IMG/VR virus record: IMGVR_UViG_3300031965_000071
Location: 1-41,681 of that record
Length of the DNA stretch: 41,681 nucleotides
Source of the DNA: a virus
Lineage: Duplodnaviria > Caudoviricetes
Reading direction: 5' to 3' (one strand)
Shown here: in pieces, positions 1-7,887 of the stretch
How the letters are laid out: the number at the start of each line of letters is the position of its first letter
Position numbering within the stretch: position 1 is the stretch's first letter
Notes under the pieces: model-generated
What the model saw: only the letters and a program-made list of their open reading frames with translations
Told to the model about the DNA's origin: nothing
Database searches by the model: none
Made by a program: the position numbers and the translations under genes

Positions 1-50
1 TGCCCCTCGGGGGGTCGAGCCCCCCTGGGGTGGGGTGCTATCCCAGGTGG

Positions 51-518
51 TCAGGGGGGGTGGGTATCGGTTGGGGGCCGGTAGTGGGCGAGGAGTTCGT
101 CGATGGTGGCGTCGTCGTCTTGGGTGGGGTCGTCGGCTTCGAGGAGTTCGGTGGGTTCGTCGAGCCAGGGGGTGAAGCCGAGGCCGCCGGCGGCGAGGGG
201 TTGGAGGTCGTCGGCGTCGGTGGGTGTCCACCATGTCCAGGTGTCGTTGATGAGGCGGGGGACGGGGAGGGTGGTGCGGCCTTGCCACCATGCGAGGCCG
301 AGGGTGGTGAGGGCGTGGGCTTCGATGCGTTGGCCGTTGCGGTTGCGTTTGGTGCGGATGATGCCGTCGTGGAGGAGTTCTTTGAGGGCGCGGGTGGCGG
401 TGGCGGGTTGGTGTTCGGTGGGGATGTCGTCGATGTTGATGCGGTGGGTGCCGGGGAGGGCTCGGAGGGTGAGTGCGGCGATGAGCTCGGGGTTGCGGTG
501 ACGGGCTTGGAGTTCCAT
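51..518 (-). CDS. Hypothetical protein, possible winged-helix DNA-binding domain
   Basis: 155 aa; AGGAG RBS upstream; ATATRALKELLHDGIIRTKR...LTTLG resembles a wHTH recognition helix and wing. Confidence 0.6.
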   Translation of the reverse strand: MELQARHRNPELIAALTLRALPGTHRINIDDIPTEHQPATATRALKELLHDGIIRTKRNRNGQRIEAHALTTLGLAWWQGRTTLPVPRLINDTWTWWTPTDADDLQPLAAGGLGFTPWLDEPTELLEADDPTQDDDATIDELLAHYRPPTDTHPP

Positions 519-725
519 GTTTCTCCTGGGGGGTTGCGGTGGCTTGCAAGGCGCTACTAGGCTCCCCCCGTCGGGCTTGCGGTCGACGCTGCCCCTCGGG
601 GGATGCCGGGCCTTCCAAAGTTCGTTGTTCGGGTGAGGGCACCGAGGCGGGGTATTGGTGCGGCCGTTCCTCGGTAGATCTTGCGGAGTTCGAGGTCGAC
701 TTGAGCGGCTTCGCAGACGGCGGTC

Positions 726-860
726 TCATGCGATCCAGGTGATGAGGCGCCAGAGTGAGACGGCGACGACGACGCCGAGGAGGATGACGAGGAGGATGAC
801 GATGACGCCGGCGATGAGGTTGGTGATGAGGGTCTTGAGGTGGTCGGGGTCGTTGGGCAT
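726..860 (-). CDS. Small membrane protein (44 aa)
   Basis: Read by hand: MPNDPDHLKTLITNLIAGVIVILLVILLGVVVAVSLWRLITWIA; AGGAG RBS; one hydrophobic helix. Confidence 0.7.
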   Translation of the reverse strand: MPNDPDHLKTLITNLIAGVIVILLVILLGVVVAVSLWRLITWIA

Positions 861-867
861 GGGGCTC

Positions 868-1197
868 CTATTCGGGGTCGAGGGTTTCGATGCGGATGGT
901 GGCGCCGGGTTGCCAGGGGTGCTCGGGGTGGACGCGGACGAAGCCTTCGCATCGGGTTCGGATGCCGTGGCGGATGCTGGCGGCGAGGGTGGCGTTGAGG
1001 GGGCGGGGGATGTAGCCGACGTGGCGGCCTCCGAGGAAGACGCCGACGGCGTCGGGGTCGATGTTGCCGTCTTCGATCATGATGCGGGCTTCGAGTGGGG
1101 TGCCTTCGATGATGGGGGCGAGCTCGAGGAGGTTTTCGGGGTAGCCGTCCATGAAGGTCACGGCGACGACGTCGACGTACCTGGGGGGCGGTGGCAT
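868..1197 (-). CDS. HIRAN domain protein
   Basis: 109 aa; VVAVTF...GNIDPDAVGVF..GRHVGYIPR matches the HIRAN N-x-x-D-x-x-A-V / G-Y-I-P pattern. Confidence 0.75.
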   Translation of the reverse strand: MPPPPRYVDVVAVTFMDGYPENLLELAPIIEGTPLEARIMIEDGNIDPDAVGVFLGGRHVGYIPRPLNATLAASIRHGIRTRCEGFVRVHPEHPWQPGATIRIETLDPE

Positions 1198-1204
1198 GGG
1201 GCTC

Positions 1205-1510
1205 CTAGAAGTCGGGGTCGATGATGTAGCCGAGGGGAAACGCGCGGGCGAGGTCGCGTTCGGTGAGGTCGGTGACGATGAGGACGTGGGCGTGGCCGTC
1301 GCCGAGGGGCGTGATGTGGGGTGAGGCGACGCGGCCTCGGATGTGGCGACTGCCGGGGGGGTAGCGGATGGGTGCGCCGGCGGCGTTGAGGGTGGTCTGT
1401 TCGAAGCCGGGGGAGGGGGGGATGTAGTGGGCGAGGTCGATGATGGCTTCGACGAAGCGGGTGTTGTTGGGGCGGCCTTTCCAGGCGTTGAGGCCGTCGC
1501 GGATGGTCAT
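1205..1510 (-). CDS. Hypothetical protein (101 aa)
   Basis: C-terminal part of track ORF 1205..2020, starting MTIRDGLNAW; ATGA overlap with the upstream gene. Confidence 0.7.
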   Translation of the reverse strand: MTIRDGLNAWKGRPNNTRFVEAIIDLAHYIPPSPGFEQTTLNAAGAPIRYPPGSRHIRGRVASPHITPLGDGHAHVLIVTDLTERDLARAFPLGYIIDPDF

Positions 1511-2139
1511 GGGGTGGCCTCGGGGTAGCGGGGCCAGTCGAGGGCCTTGTAGGCCTGGTCGACGGCGTCGTCGAGTTTCGCGATGAGCGCGAGGTCGACG
1601 GTGGAGGCGTCTTCGCCGTCGGAGGCGTCTTCGGCGAAGGCGCGGCCGGAGTCGACGAAGAGGTCGTTGGCGACGGTGGCGAGGTGTCGGAGGGCGCCGT
1701 ATTGCTCGCGCGCGAGGAACGTCCCGACGGGCTCGGCGTGGTCCCATGCCATGACGCTCTCGGTGGGGACGAAGGGCTCGGCTTCGGTGGGCTTGGTGAG
1801 GATCCAGTCGGCGACTCGGAGGGCTTCGTCGGCGGATACGCGGCCGGAGTCGACGAAGAGGCCGGCCGGGCCGGTGAGGGTGGGGCGGCCGGCGGCCTTG
1901 ATTCGGGCGAGCTCGTCGGCGGCGAGGCGGAGCGCGGAGGTGCGCCGGACGATTTCGGCTTCGTCGGGGGCCGCCGTGGGGCCGTCTGGCGGGGCGTAGT
2001 TGGTTTGGCCGGCGTTCCATCGGGCGAAGGCCGAGTTGGCGAGGCCTCGGAGGTCGTCGGGAGAGGCCGTACTGTCCGCGGCGGCGTTGTAGCCGAGGCC
2101 GTAGCCGACGGTGAAGTCGCGGGGGGTTGGGGTACTCAT
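1507..2139 (-). CDS. Hypothetical protein (210 aa) with an internal LFVDSGR duplication
   Basis: Starts MSTPTPRDF; ATGA overlap, GAAAGG RBS, normal amino-acid composition. Confidence 0.75.
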   Translation of the reverse strand: MSTPTPRDFTVGYGLGYNAAADSTASPDDLRGLANSAFARWNAGQTNYAPPDGPTAAPDEAEIVRRTSALRLAADELARIKAAGRPTLTGPAGLFVDSGRVSADEALRVADWILTKPTEAEPFVPTESVMAWDHAEPVGTFLAREQYGALRHLATVANDLFVDSGRAFAEDASDGEDASTVDLALIAKLDDAVDQAYKALDWPRYPEATP

Positions 2140-2564
2140 TGGGTGCCTTTCGGGTCGAGGAGGTGGCGGCCGAGGATGGCTCGGGCGTTGTGCGTGCGGG
2201 CGGATTGGCCTTCCCATCCGCACCGGCATCGGACGGTGACGATGCCGGTGGCGTCCGGGCCTTCGATGCCGTCGGCGGCGTGAGTGTCGGGGCCGGGCGT
2301 GGCGTCGATGTCGACCTCGAGGGCCTGGGCGAGGAGGTCGAGGCGGCCGCGGACGGCGGTGACGTGTTCGCGGGCGGTGTTCGCGACGTGGCCGCCGAGG
2401 TCGGTAGGGCCGAGCGTGGCGGTGATGGTGAGGAGGTCGAGGGCGAGGCGGGTGGCTTCCTCGGTGGAGAGGGTGAGTTCGACGGTGGTGGTGGCCGTCC
2501 AGGTCGTGAGCCGGATGGGGGAGAACCGATGGTCGGGGTAGACGGTGATGGCCGCGGCGGTCAT
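2136..2564 (-). CDS. Hypothetical protein with a C-terminal CxCxW...H possible Zn motif
   Basis: 142 aa; ATGA overlaps on both sides; VRCRCGWEG...LGRH. Confidence 0.75.
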   Translation of the reverse strand: MTAAAITVYPDHRFSPIRLTTWTATTTVELTLSTEEATRLALDLLTITATLGPTDLGGHVANTAREHVTAVRGRLDLLAQALEVDIDATPGPDTHAADGIEGPDATGIVTVRCRCGWEGQSARTHNARAILGRHLLDPKGTQ

Positions 2565-2579
2565 TGGGTGCCTTTCGGG
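2136..2579. repeat. 19-bp direct repeat TCATTGGGTGCCTTTCGGG at 2136-2154 and 2561-2579
   Basis: Exact duplicate carrying RBS plus ATGA start/stop; both upstream proteins end in PKGTQ. Confidence 0.9.
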
Positions 2580-2752
2580 GGTCGGCCGGCGGGGCGCCGG
2601 GTCTTGCGGTAGGTGAGGACGGATTTGGCGGTGATGCCGCCGTGGGGGCCGCGCGCGAGGCGGCCTTCGGTGAGGAGTTGGTAGATGCGGGTGCGGTGGA
2701 GCTTGAGGGCGCGCGCGGCCTCGGTGACGGTGAGCTCGGCAGGCTTCGGCAT
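2561..2752 (-). CDS. Helix-turn-helix DNA-binding protein (excisionase/HTH_17-like)
   Basis: 63 aa; LTVTEAARALKLHRTRIYQLLTEGRL. Confidence 0.85.
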   Translation of the reverse strand: MPKPAELTVTEAARALKLHRTRIYQLLTEGRLARGPHGGITAKSVLTYRKTRRPAGRPPKGTQ

Positions 2753-2783
2753 GGGCTTCTCCGGTGTTGCGTCCTTGGTGGGG

Positions 2784-2812
2784 ACTCTAATAGGTCATAT
2801 CTAGGATTTCCA
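2784..2812 (-). promoter_or_regulatory. Putative sigma70-type promoter with an imperfect palindrome in the spacer
   Basis: TGGAAA-N17-TAGAGT in the most AT-rich stretch seen; TAGGTCATATCTA (2791-2803) lies in the spacer; directly upstream of the HTH gene. Confidence 0.65.
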
Positions 2813-2825
2813 GTATTTCTTTTTT

Positions 2826-4460
2826 CTAGAAGAGTTCTGGCGGGGGTTCGGGGCCGGGATCGTCGGGGTGCTCGTCGGGCTCCTCGAGGTCGGCGACGGC
2901 GTGGAGGTGTTGATCCTCGCGGTAGGTCTTGAGGTGCCGGTAGACCTTGCGGCGGTCTTCTCGGAGCTCCTCGACGTGGCCTTCGACGATGAGGAGCGCG
3001 AGGGCTTGGCGGAGGTGTTCGCGCCGGCCGTGGACGATGTCGAAGATGAGGCTCGAGGATTGGGGGGTGCCGGCGAGGCGGAGGTGTTCGGAGATGCGGG
3101 CCATGAGGCCGGTGGGTTTGAAGTCGCCGGGGGTGACGACGGGCGCGGCTTCGAGGAAGACGCCGACTTCGTTGCCGTCGTCGTGGGGGACGATGCGGGC
3201 GTGGGCGACGGTTTCGCCGATGCTGCCGACGGCGCCTTCGCGGTCTTTGGAGACGATGATCTTGGCGAAGCCTTCGCGGCGGCGTGAGAAGGCCTGGCCG
3301 AGGCGGACTTCGAAGCTCGCGCCGTCGATGAACGCGAGTTTGGCGGTGGCGCCGCGTGCGCCGCGTTTGCGGGTGGAGACGTGTTCGCCGGAGACGTGGT
3401 CGATCATGAGGACGGTGGCGCCGCGGCGGGCGAGGGGCCGGGGGACGGTGACTCCCCACGCGACGACGTCGGGGTTGCTGTTCTCGTCGTAGCCGTCGGC
3501 GGCGAGGGCGTTGGCGACTCCGTCGATGATGACGAGGTCGGGCGCGAGTTCGTCGGTGATGGCGTGGAGCTTGGCGCGCTCGGCGGCGCCGAGGCCGGCT
3601 TCGGGGCGGATGTAGCCGAAGCGGGTTTGGTCGAGGACGAGGTCGGGGTCGGTGCCCATCTTGAGGAGGCGGTTGACGATGCCGCGGGGGGAGTCTTCGT
3701 AGTCGAGGTAGAGGGCGTTGCCGCCGGCTTCGAGGACTTCGCGGACCGCGCAGAGAGCCGCCCAGGACTTGCCCGTGCTGGGCTCGCCGTGGAGGTCGTG
3801 GACTTTGCCGGGGTAGAGGAGCGCGGCGCCGTCGTTGCGGCGGAGCCAGTAGGGGACGACTTCGGGGTCTTCGCCGCGGACGATGGGGCCGAGGTCGACG
3901 AGGTCGATGGTGGTGGCTTGGTCGAAGATGACGCCGTTGGTGGCGACGTGTTCGAGGAGGTCGTTGGCGCGGTTGGTCCAGTCGAGGCCGGTGTAGGCGG
4001 CGGTGGCGAGTTCGCCGGCGAGGGTGATGGCTTCGCGTCGGTGGGCGCTGGCGGTGACGAGCTCGGCGTAATGCTTCGCGTTGGCGCTCGCGGGGGTGTC
4101 GGCTTGGAGTTCGAGGAGGTAGCCGCGGTTGAGGCCGAGGCGGCCGTTGAGGCGGGCGGCGACGGTGACGGGGTCGACGGGTTCTTCGAGCTCGTAGAGG
4201 CCGAGGATGGCGGTGAAGATCGCGGCGTGTTGCGGCCGGTAGAACGCGGACGGGCGGACGTTGGTGGCGGCCTTGACGGCGTCGACGTTGATGAGCATGG
4301 CGCCGAGGAGGGCGCGTTCGGCGTCGATGTCGTGGGGGGGGACGCGGCCGGGGTCGTATGCGGTAGGGTCTCGGTTGCTGGCTCGGGACTTTGGTCCTGG
4401 GGTGAGCGTCCTCGGAGGGCCGTCGGATTCGTCCGGCGGTCCTCCGCTTTCGCTGGCCAT
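2826..4460 (-). CDS. DnaB-like N-terminal domain + RecA/AAA-type ATPase (replicative helicase-like), C-terminal wHTH-like region
   Basis: PPHDIDAERALLGAML...FYRPQHAAIFTAI (DnaB-N); Walker A GEPSTGKS; Walker B LVIIDG. Confidence 0.85.
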   Translation of the reverse strand: MASESGGPPDESDGPPRTLTPGPKSRASNRDPTAYDPGRVPPHDIDAERALLGAMLINVDAVKAATNVRPSAFYRPQHAAIFTAILGLYELEEPVDPVTVAARLNGRLGLNRGYLLELQADTPASANAKHYAELVTASAHRREAITLAGELATAAYTGLDWTNRANDLLEHVATNGVIFDQATTIDLVDLGPIVRGEDPEVVPYWLRRNDGAALLYPGKVHDLHGEPSTGKSWAALCAVREVLEAGGNALYLDYEDSPRGIVNRLLKMGTDPDLVLDQTRFGYIRPEAGLGAAERAKLHAITDELAPDLVIIDGVANALAADGYDENSNPDVVAWGVTVPRPLARRGATVLMIDHVSGEHVSTRKRGARGATAKLAFIDGASFEVRLGQAFSRRREGFAKIIVSKDREGAVGSIGETVAHARIVPHDDGNEVGVFLEAAPVVTPGDFKPTGLMARISEHLRLAGTPQSSSLIFDIVHGRREHLRQALALLIVEGHVEELREDRRKVYRHLKTYREDQHLHAVADLEEPDEHPDDPGPEPPPELF

Positions 4461-4463
4461 GCG

Positions 4464-4736
4464 CTACGGGACGGGCGTGGCGGCGGGCTCCTCGGATTCG
4501 GGTGCCGGCGGTGGCGGCGCGGCCTTGATGAGGAGTTCGCCGAGGGGCTTGACCGCGTCGCCGGGGATGAGGAGCGCGAGGGTCTGGTCCTGGCCGTGGG
4601 TCCATCGGCCGCGGATGGTGAGCTTGACGACGGCGTCGGCGGCGTGGCCTTCGTCGTCGATCGCGTTGCCGCGTTCGGCGACGGCGGAGAGGAGGACGAA
4701 GTGGCGCGGGGTCTTGCGGCGGGGGCGCTTGGGCAT
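4464..4736 (-). CDS. Hypothetical protein
   Basis: 90 aa, phage-like codon usage, abuts the helicase start. Confidence 0.65.
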   Translation of the reverse strand: MPKRPRRKTPRHFVLLSAVAERGNAIDDEGHAADAVVKLTIRGRWTHGQDQTLALLIPGDAVKPLGELLIKAAPPPPAPESEEPAATPVP

Positions 4737-4801
4737 GGCGGGGCGTCCTGACGGTCGAAGGGGTGGGGCGTCCTAGGGTCGCGCGTTTGCGCGGGTGGTG
4801 C

Positions 4802-4969
4802 CTACTGCTGGTCGATCCATGCTCGGACTTTGGCCTCGAGTTCTCGGCGTCCCTCTTCGCTCTTGCGGTTGCATCGTCGGGCGTAGAGCACGGCGGCGGG
4901 CCAACAGACGAAGAGCACGATGGCGAGGAGCGAGTAGGAGACGATGGCGTCGATTTCCGTGGCCGACAT
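4802..4969 (-). CDS. Small membrane protein (55 aa)
   Basis: Read by hand: MSATEIDAIVSYSLLAIVLFVCWPAAVLYARRCNRKSEE...; TAATG overlap with the upstream gene. Confidence 0.6.
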   Translation of the reverse strand: MSATEIDAIVSYSLLAIVLFVCWPAAVLYARRCNRKSEEGRRELEAKVRAWIDQQ

Positions 4970-5184
4970 TAGAGGCCGTCGACGTCGTAGTCGTAGGGCC
5001 GCGCGGCGTGTTCGTGGCGGCGGATGGCGGTGGGGTGGGCGTAGACGTTGGTGAGGCGTGCGGGGTGGCGTCGGCGGGCGTTGCGGGCTTCGAGCCAGTC
5101 GAGGGCGGCGAGGGTGGCGAAGAGGCCGCCGGTGAGGATGATGAGCGCGGCGGCTCGGATGAGCCAGAGGGTGAGGGAGTGCAT
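4969..5184 (-). CDS. Small membrane protein
   Basis: 71 aa; hydrophobic N-terminus; GAAAGGA RBS. Confidence 0.7.
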   Translation of the reverse strand: MHSLTLWLIRAAALIILTGGLFATLAALDWLEARNARRRHPARLTNVYAHPTAIRRHEHAARPYDYDVDGL

Positions 5185-5238
5185 GGTGGTCCTTTCGGGG
5201 TTGAGCGTCCTAGTGCGCCGGGGGAGAGTAGAGGATTA

Positions 5239-5271
5239 GCGGAGGCCGGCCGCGGATGGGCCGACCTCCGC
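5239..5271 (-). terminator. Intergenic hairpin, putative terminator
   Basis: GCGGAGGTCGGCC-7 nt-GGCCGGCCTCCGC, 13-bp stem just after the stop of 5277..5531. Confidence 0.65.
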
Positions 5272-5276
5272 CGGTC

Positions 5277-5531
5277 CTAGCGGGTCGGGTCGGGTCGTTG
5301 CGCGCCGGCGGTGTCGCGTGGTCCGCCGCTCTTCGCGGAGGCGGCCTCGACGCCGACGAGGCGCTGCTCGTCGAAGACGAGCTCGACGGGCTTGCCGTCC
5401 TTGAGTTCGGTGCCTTCGAGCGCGATGCGGACGCATCCGTAGAGGAATTCGTAGCGGGCGACGGCGATGCCTTCGGCGCCGGTGATGGTGTCGCGGTATT
5501 TCTCGCCGAGGGTGACGGGTCCGGTGGTCAT
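5277..5531 (-). CDS. Small phage protein (SH3-like beta pattern)
   Basis: 84 aa; LGEKYRDTITGAEGIAVARYEFLYGC...FDEQRL; ATGA overlap. Confidence 0.8.
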   Translation of the reverse strand: MTTGPVTLGEKYRDTITGAEGIAVARYEFLYGCVRIALEGTELKDGKPVELVFDEQRLVGVEAASAKSGGPRDTAGAQRPDPTR

Positions 5532-5836
5532 GGTGCGGGTTCCTTTCGTCGGGCCGCCAGGGTGGCGGCGCGGTTGGTGGCGGCCGCGGCCTTCTTCTCG
5601 GCGGCGCGGCGCTCCTTGATCGCGGTGGCGAGGCGCGCGATGGCGGCCTCGATGCGGTCGGCGACGTCGTCGAGGGTGGCGGCGTCGTGGTGGGCGTTGA
5701 GTTCGTCGTGGAGGCCGTGGACGTTCCGGTTGCGGTGGAACGCGGCGCCGGCGCGGAGGGTGCCGATGACGATGGTGGCTTCGTCGATGGTGCCGGAGCC
5801 GAGTTCGAGGGCGATGGTGACGGTGGCGCGCGTCAT
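5528..5836 (-). CDS. Hypothetical protein
   Basis: 102 aa; ATGA overlaps on both sides. Confidence 0.7.
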   Translation of the reverse strand: MTRATVTIALELGSGTIDEATIVIGTLRAGAAFHRNRNVHGLHDELNAHHDAATLDDVADRIEAAIARLATAIKERRAAEKKAAAATNRAATLAARRKEPAP

Positions 5837-6501
5837 CGTGATCGGGCTCGGCGATGACGGAGGCGGCCGACGGTCGCCGTGGAGTAATTGCGGCGCGATG
5901 AGTGAGTGGCGCGGTTGCCGGTGGGGCCGGGGTTGCGGAGCATGACGAGAACGTCGACGACGTCGAAGTTGGCCGCTTGGAGCCAGCCGACGGCGTTGGC
6001 TGCCATCGGGTGATAGATGCGGCCGTTGATGTAGTCGGTGGTCTTGACGGTGAGGTGGCCTCCTGGCCGGATCACGCGGCCGAGCTCGGCGATGCCTTCG
6101 ATGTAGAGGTCGCGAATTCCGGCGGAGTTCCTGAGTTCCATGAGGCCGAAGCGGTCGCGGAAGTCGTCGGCGGTAGTGGTGGCGAGGCTATAGCTCGGGA
6201 TGTGGGGCGGGTCGTAGACGGCGGCGTCGAAGGCGTCGTCGCGGAAGGGGAGGTTGCGGACGTCGGCGCCGGTGGCGATGTCGGTGCCGGTGAGGCCGGC
6301 GGGTCGCCATTTTGCCCACCATGTTCCGCGGCCGAAGGTCGGGTCGAGGATGCGGCCGGCGATGGGGAGGAAGGCGAGGTCGCGGAGTGCCACGACGAGC
6401 TCGGCGTTGGACTTCCATGCTGTCGCGGCCAAGATCGGATCGGCTCCGGCCGGAGGCTTCACGGCGACGTCGGGAAAGAGTGACATTTCAGGGCGCGTCA
6501 T
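5833..6501 (-). CDS. Putative amino (N6-A/N4-C) DNA methyltransferase
   Basis: Starts MTRPEMSLF; SAM motif ILDPTFGRG; catalytic-like YDPPH; RVIRPGG. Confidence 0.75.
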   Translation of the reverse strand: MTRPEMSLFPDVAVKPPAGADPILAATAWKSNAELVVALRDLAFLPIAGRILDPTFGRGTWWAKWRPAGLTGTDIATGADVRNLPFRDDAFDAAVYDPPHIPSYSLATTTADDFRDRFGLMELRNSAGIRDLYIEGIAELGRVIRPGGHLTVKTTDYINGRIYHPMAANAVGWLQAANFDVVDVLVMLRNPGPTGNRATHSSRRNYSTATVGRLRHRRARSR

Positions 6502-7181
6502 AGGTGCTCGATGAGTTGGGCGCCGATGAGTTCGGTGTAGGCGGGGGGGATGGCTTCGTTGAGCTCGGCGCCGATCATCCAGTCGATGCCCATTGCGTCG
6601 GCCTTGTTGGCGACGGTGGCGTTTCCGCCGCCGGTGACTTGGACGAAGTCGCGCGCCTGGTCGAGTTTGCCGTAGTGGGCCTTGCGTTTGTCGTGGGTGA
6701 ATACCAGAGGATGAGGCCGATGAGGCGGGGCGAAGAGGTGGACGTTTGATTCGAAGAGCCGATGGCGGATGACGCGGAGACCGGGGAAGGAGGCGCCGCA
6801 TAGGACGACGGGCGCGCGGAGTGGTGCTCCTTCGACGTTTTCGATGACGTAGGGGAGTCGGTCGATGCGGTCGCGGATGGCGTCGATGAGGTCGGGCCAG
6901 TCGGCGGCGTTGCCGTTGCGGGGGGCGAGGTCTGAGAATCGTTGACATGGCGGGGAGGCGTGGACGGCGTCGAAGCCTCGGAGGAAGGGGAAGGCCTCAC
7001 AACTTTCGCTGCAGTCGATGAGGTGGTCGAGGACGGTGAGCGCGTCGGCTTGGTGGAACGTGAACGGGTAGCGGGGTTGCGGGTTGAGGTCGACGCCGAC
7101 GACGTCGAATCCGGCGCGGTGGTAACCCATCGCGGCGCCGCCGGCGCCGGAGAAGAGGTCGAGGAGTCGGGGTCGGCTCAT
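6498..7181 (-). CDS. Compact C5-cytosine DNA methyltransferase
   Basis: Starts MSRPRLLDLFSGAGG (motif I); SPPCQ (IV); IENV (VI); RHRLF (VIII); EAIPP (X). Confidence 0.88.
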   Translation of the reverse strand: MSRPRLLDLFSGAGGAAMGYHRAGFDVVGVDLNPQPRYPFTFHQADALTVLDHLIDCSESCEAFPFLRGFDAVHASPPCQRFSDLAPRNGNAADWPDLIDAIRDRIDRLPYVIENVEGAPLRAPVVLCGASFPGLRVIRHRLFESNVHLFAPPHRPHPLVFTHDKRKAHYGKLDQARDFVQVTGGGNATVANKADAMGIDWMIGAELNEAIPPAYTELIGAQLIEHL

Positions 7182-7630
7182 AGGTGCTCGAGGCCGTAGC
7201 GGCGGAGGTGCCAGGCGTCGGCCTCGTCGTGGGAGAGGCCGGGCCGCGCTCCGGCTTCGATCGCGGCCGCGACCATTTCGGGCTTGGTGGCGGTACCGCG
7301 GCCGGTCGCGTACTTCTTGAGCGTCGACGGGGGGACCGCGCGCCACGCGATGCGGCGAAGCGTGAAGTGGACGCGAATCACGCCTTGAAGTTCGCCGGCG
7401 GCGATGGTCGAGTTGATGCCGATGGAGTGGGGGGCGTAGTCCTCGACGACGACGAGGTCGGGTTTCGCGGTGCCGATGATGGCGAGGACGGTGAGGGCGA
7501 TGTCGGCGTGGCGGCGGTAGCCGACGTTGTCGGGGCCTTGGGGCCGGTGGCGGAGGGTGGTGCCGTCGGGGAGGGCGATGCCGGTGCCGCCGAGCGCGAG
7601 GTCGAGACCCATGACGCGGCGCTCCGTCAC
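7178..7630 (-). CDS. ruvC: RuvC-like Holliday junction resolvase
   Basis: VMGLDLALGGTG, VVVED, PSTLKKYATGRGTATKPEM, HDEADA; GTGA overlap start (alternative ATG at 7642). Confidence 0.88.
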   Translation of the reverse strand: MTERRVMGLDLALGGTGIALPDGTTLRHRPQGPDNVGYRRHADIALTVLAIIGTAKPDLVVVEDYAPHSIGINSTIAAGELQGVIRVHFTLRRIAWRAVPPSTLKKYATGRGTATKPEMVAAAIEAGARPGLSHDEADAWHLRRYGLEHL

Positions 7631-7887
7631 GGTGTGGTCCATACAATCCGACGGCCACCAGGACAAGGGGTATAACTGCCGAACCCACCGACACGGTAGA
7701 TACGCCCGTCCTCGCAGCCTGGCGTCTCGCAGCCGGTGTGATCCTCTCCGATCTTCAACTCCTGACCCGGACCAAACGTACGGGCATGACGGTCCAACCG
7801 GACGGCGACGAGAGTGGGCGTCCTCGCGTCTAGCTGTTCGCAGAACTCTCGGCGTTCTTGGGGTGTAGCAGCACGCCAATCAGACAT
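7627..7887 (-). CDS. Hypothetical protein (86 aa), Cys-containing C-terminus
   Basis: Starts MSDWRAATPQ after GAGG; fills the gap between RecT-like and RuvC genes. Confidence 0.55.
   Translation of the reverse strand: MSDWRAATPQERREFCEQLDARTPTLVAVRLDRHARTFGPGQELKIGEDHTGCETPGCEDGRIYRVGGFGSYTPCPGGRRIVWTTP

Noticed and set aside
557-952. 131-aa ORF and an alternative ATG at 729
   Set aside because: Low-complexity, overlaps better-supported genes, atypical codon usage
2561-2752. Excisionase implying an integration module
   Set aside because: No tyrosine or serine integrase or att site found in the window
1507-4605. 1032-aa Arg/Pro-rich ORF and similar long off-frame ORFs (11772..14498, 9532..11469)
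   Set aside because: Off-frame read-through of GC-rich genes; only the C-terminal parts with normal composition are real where listed
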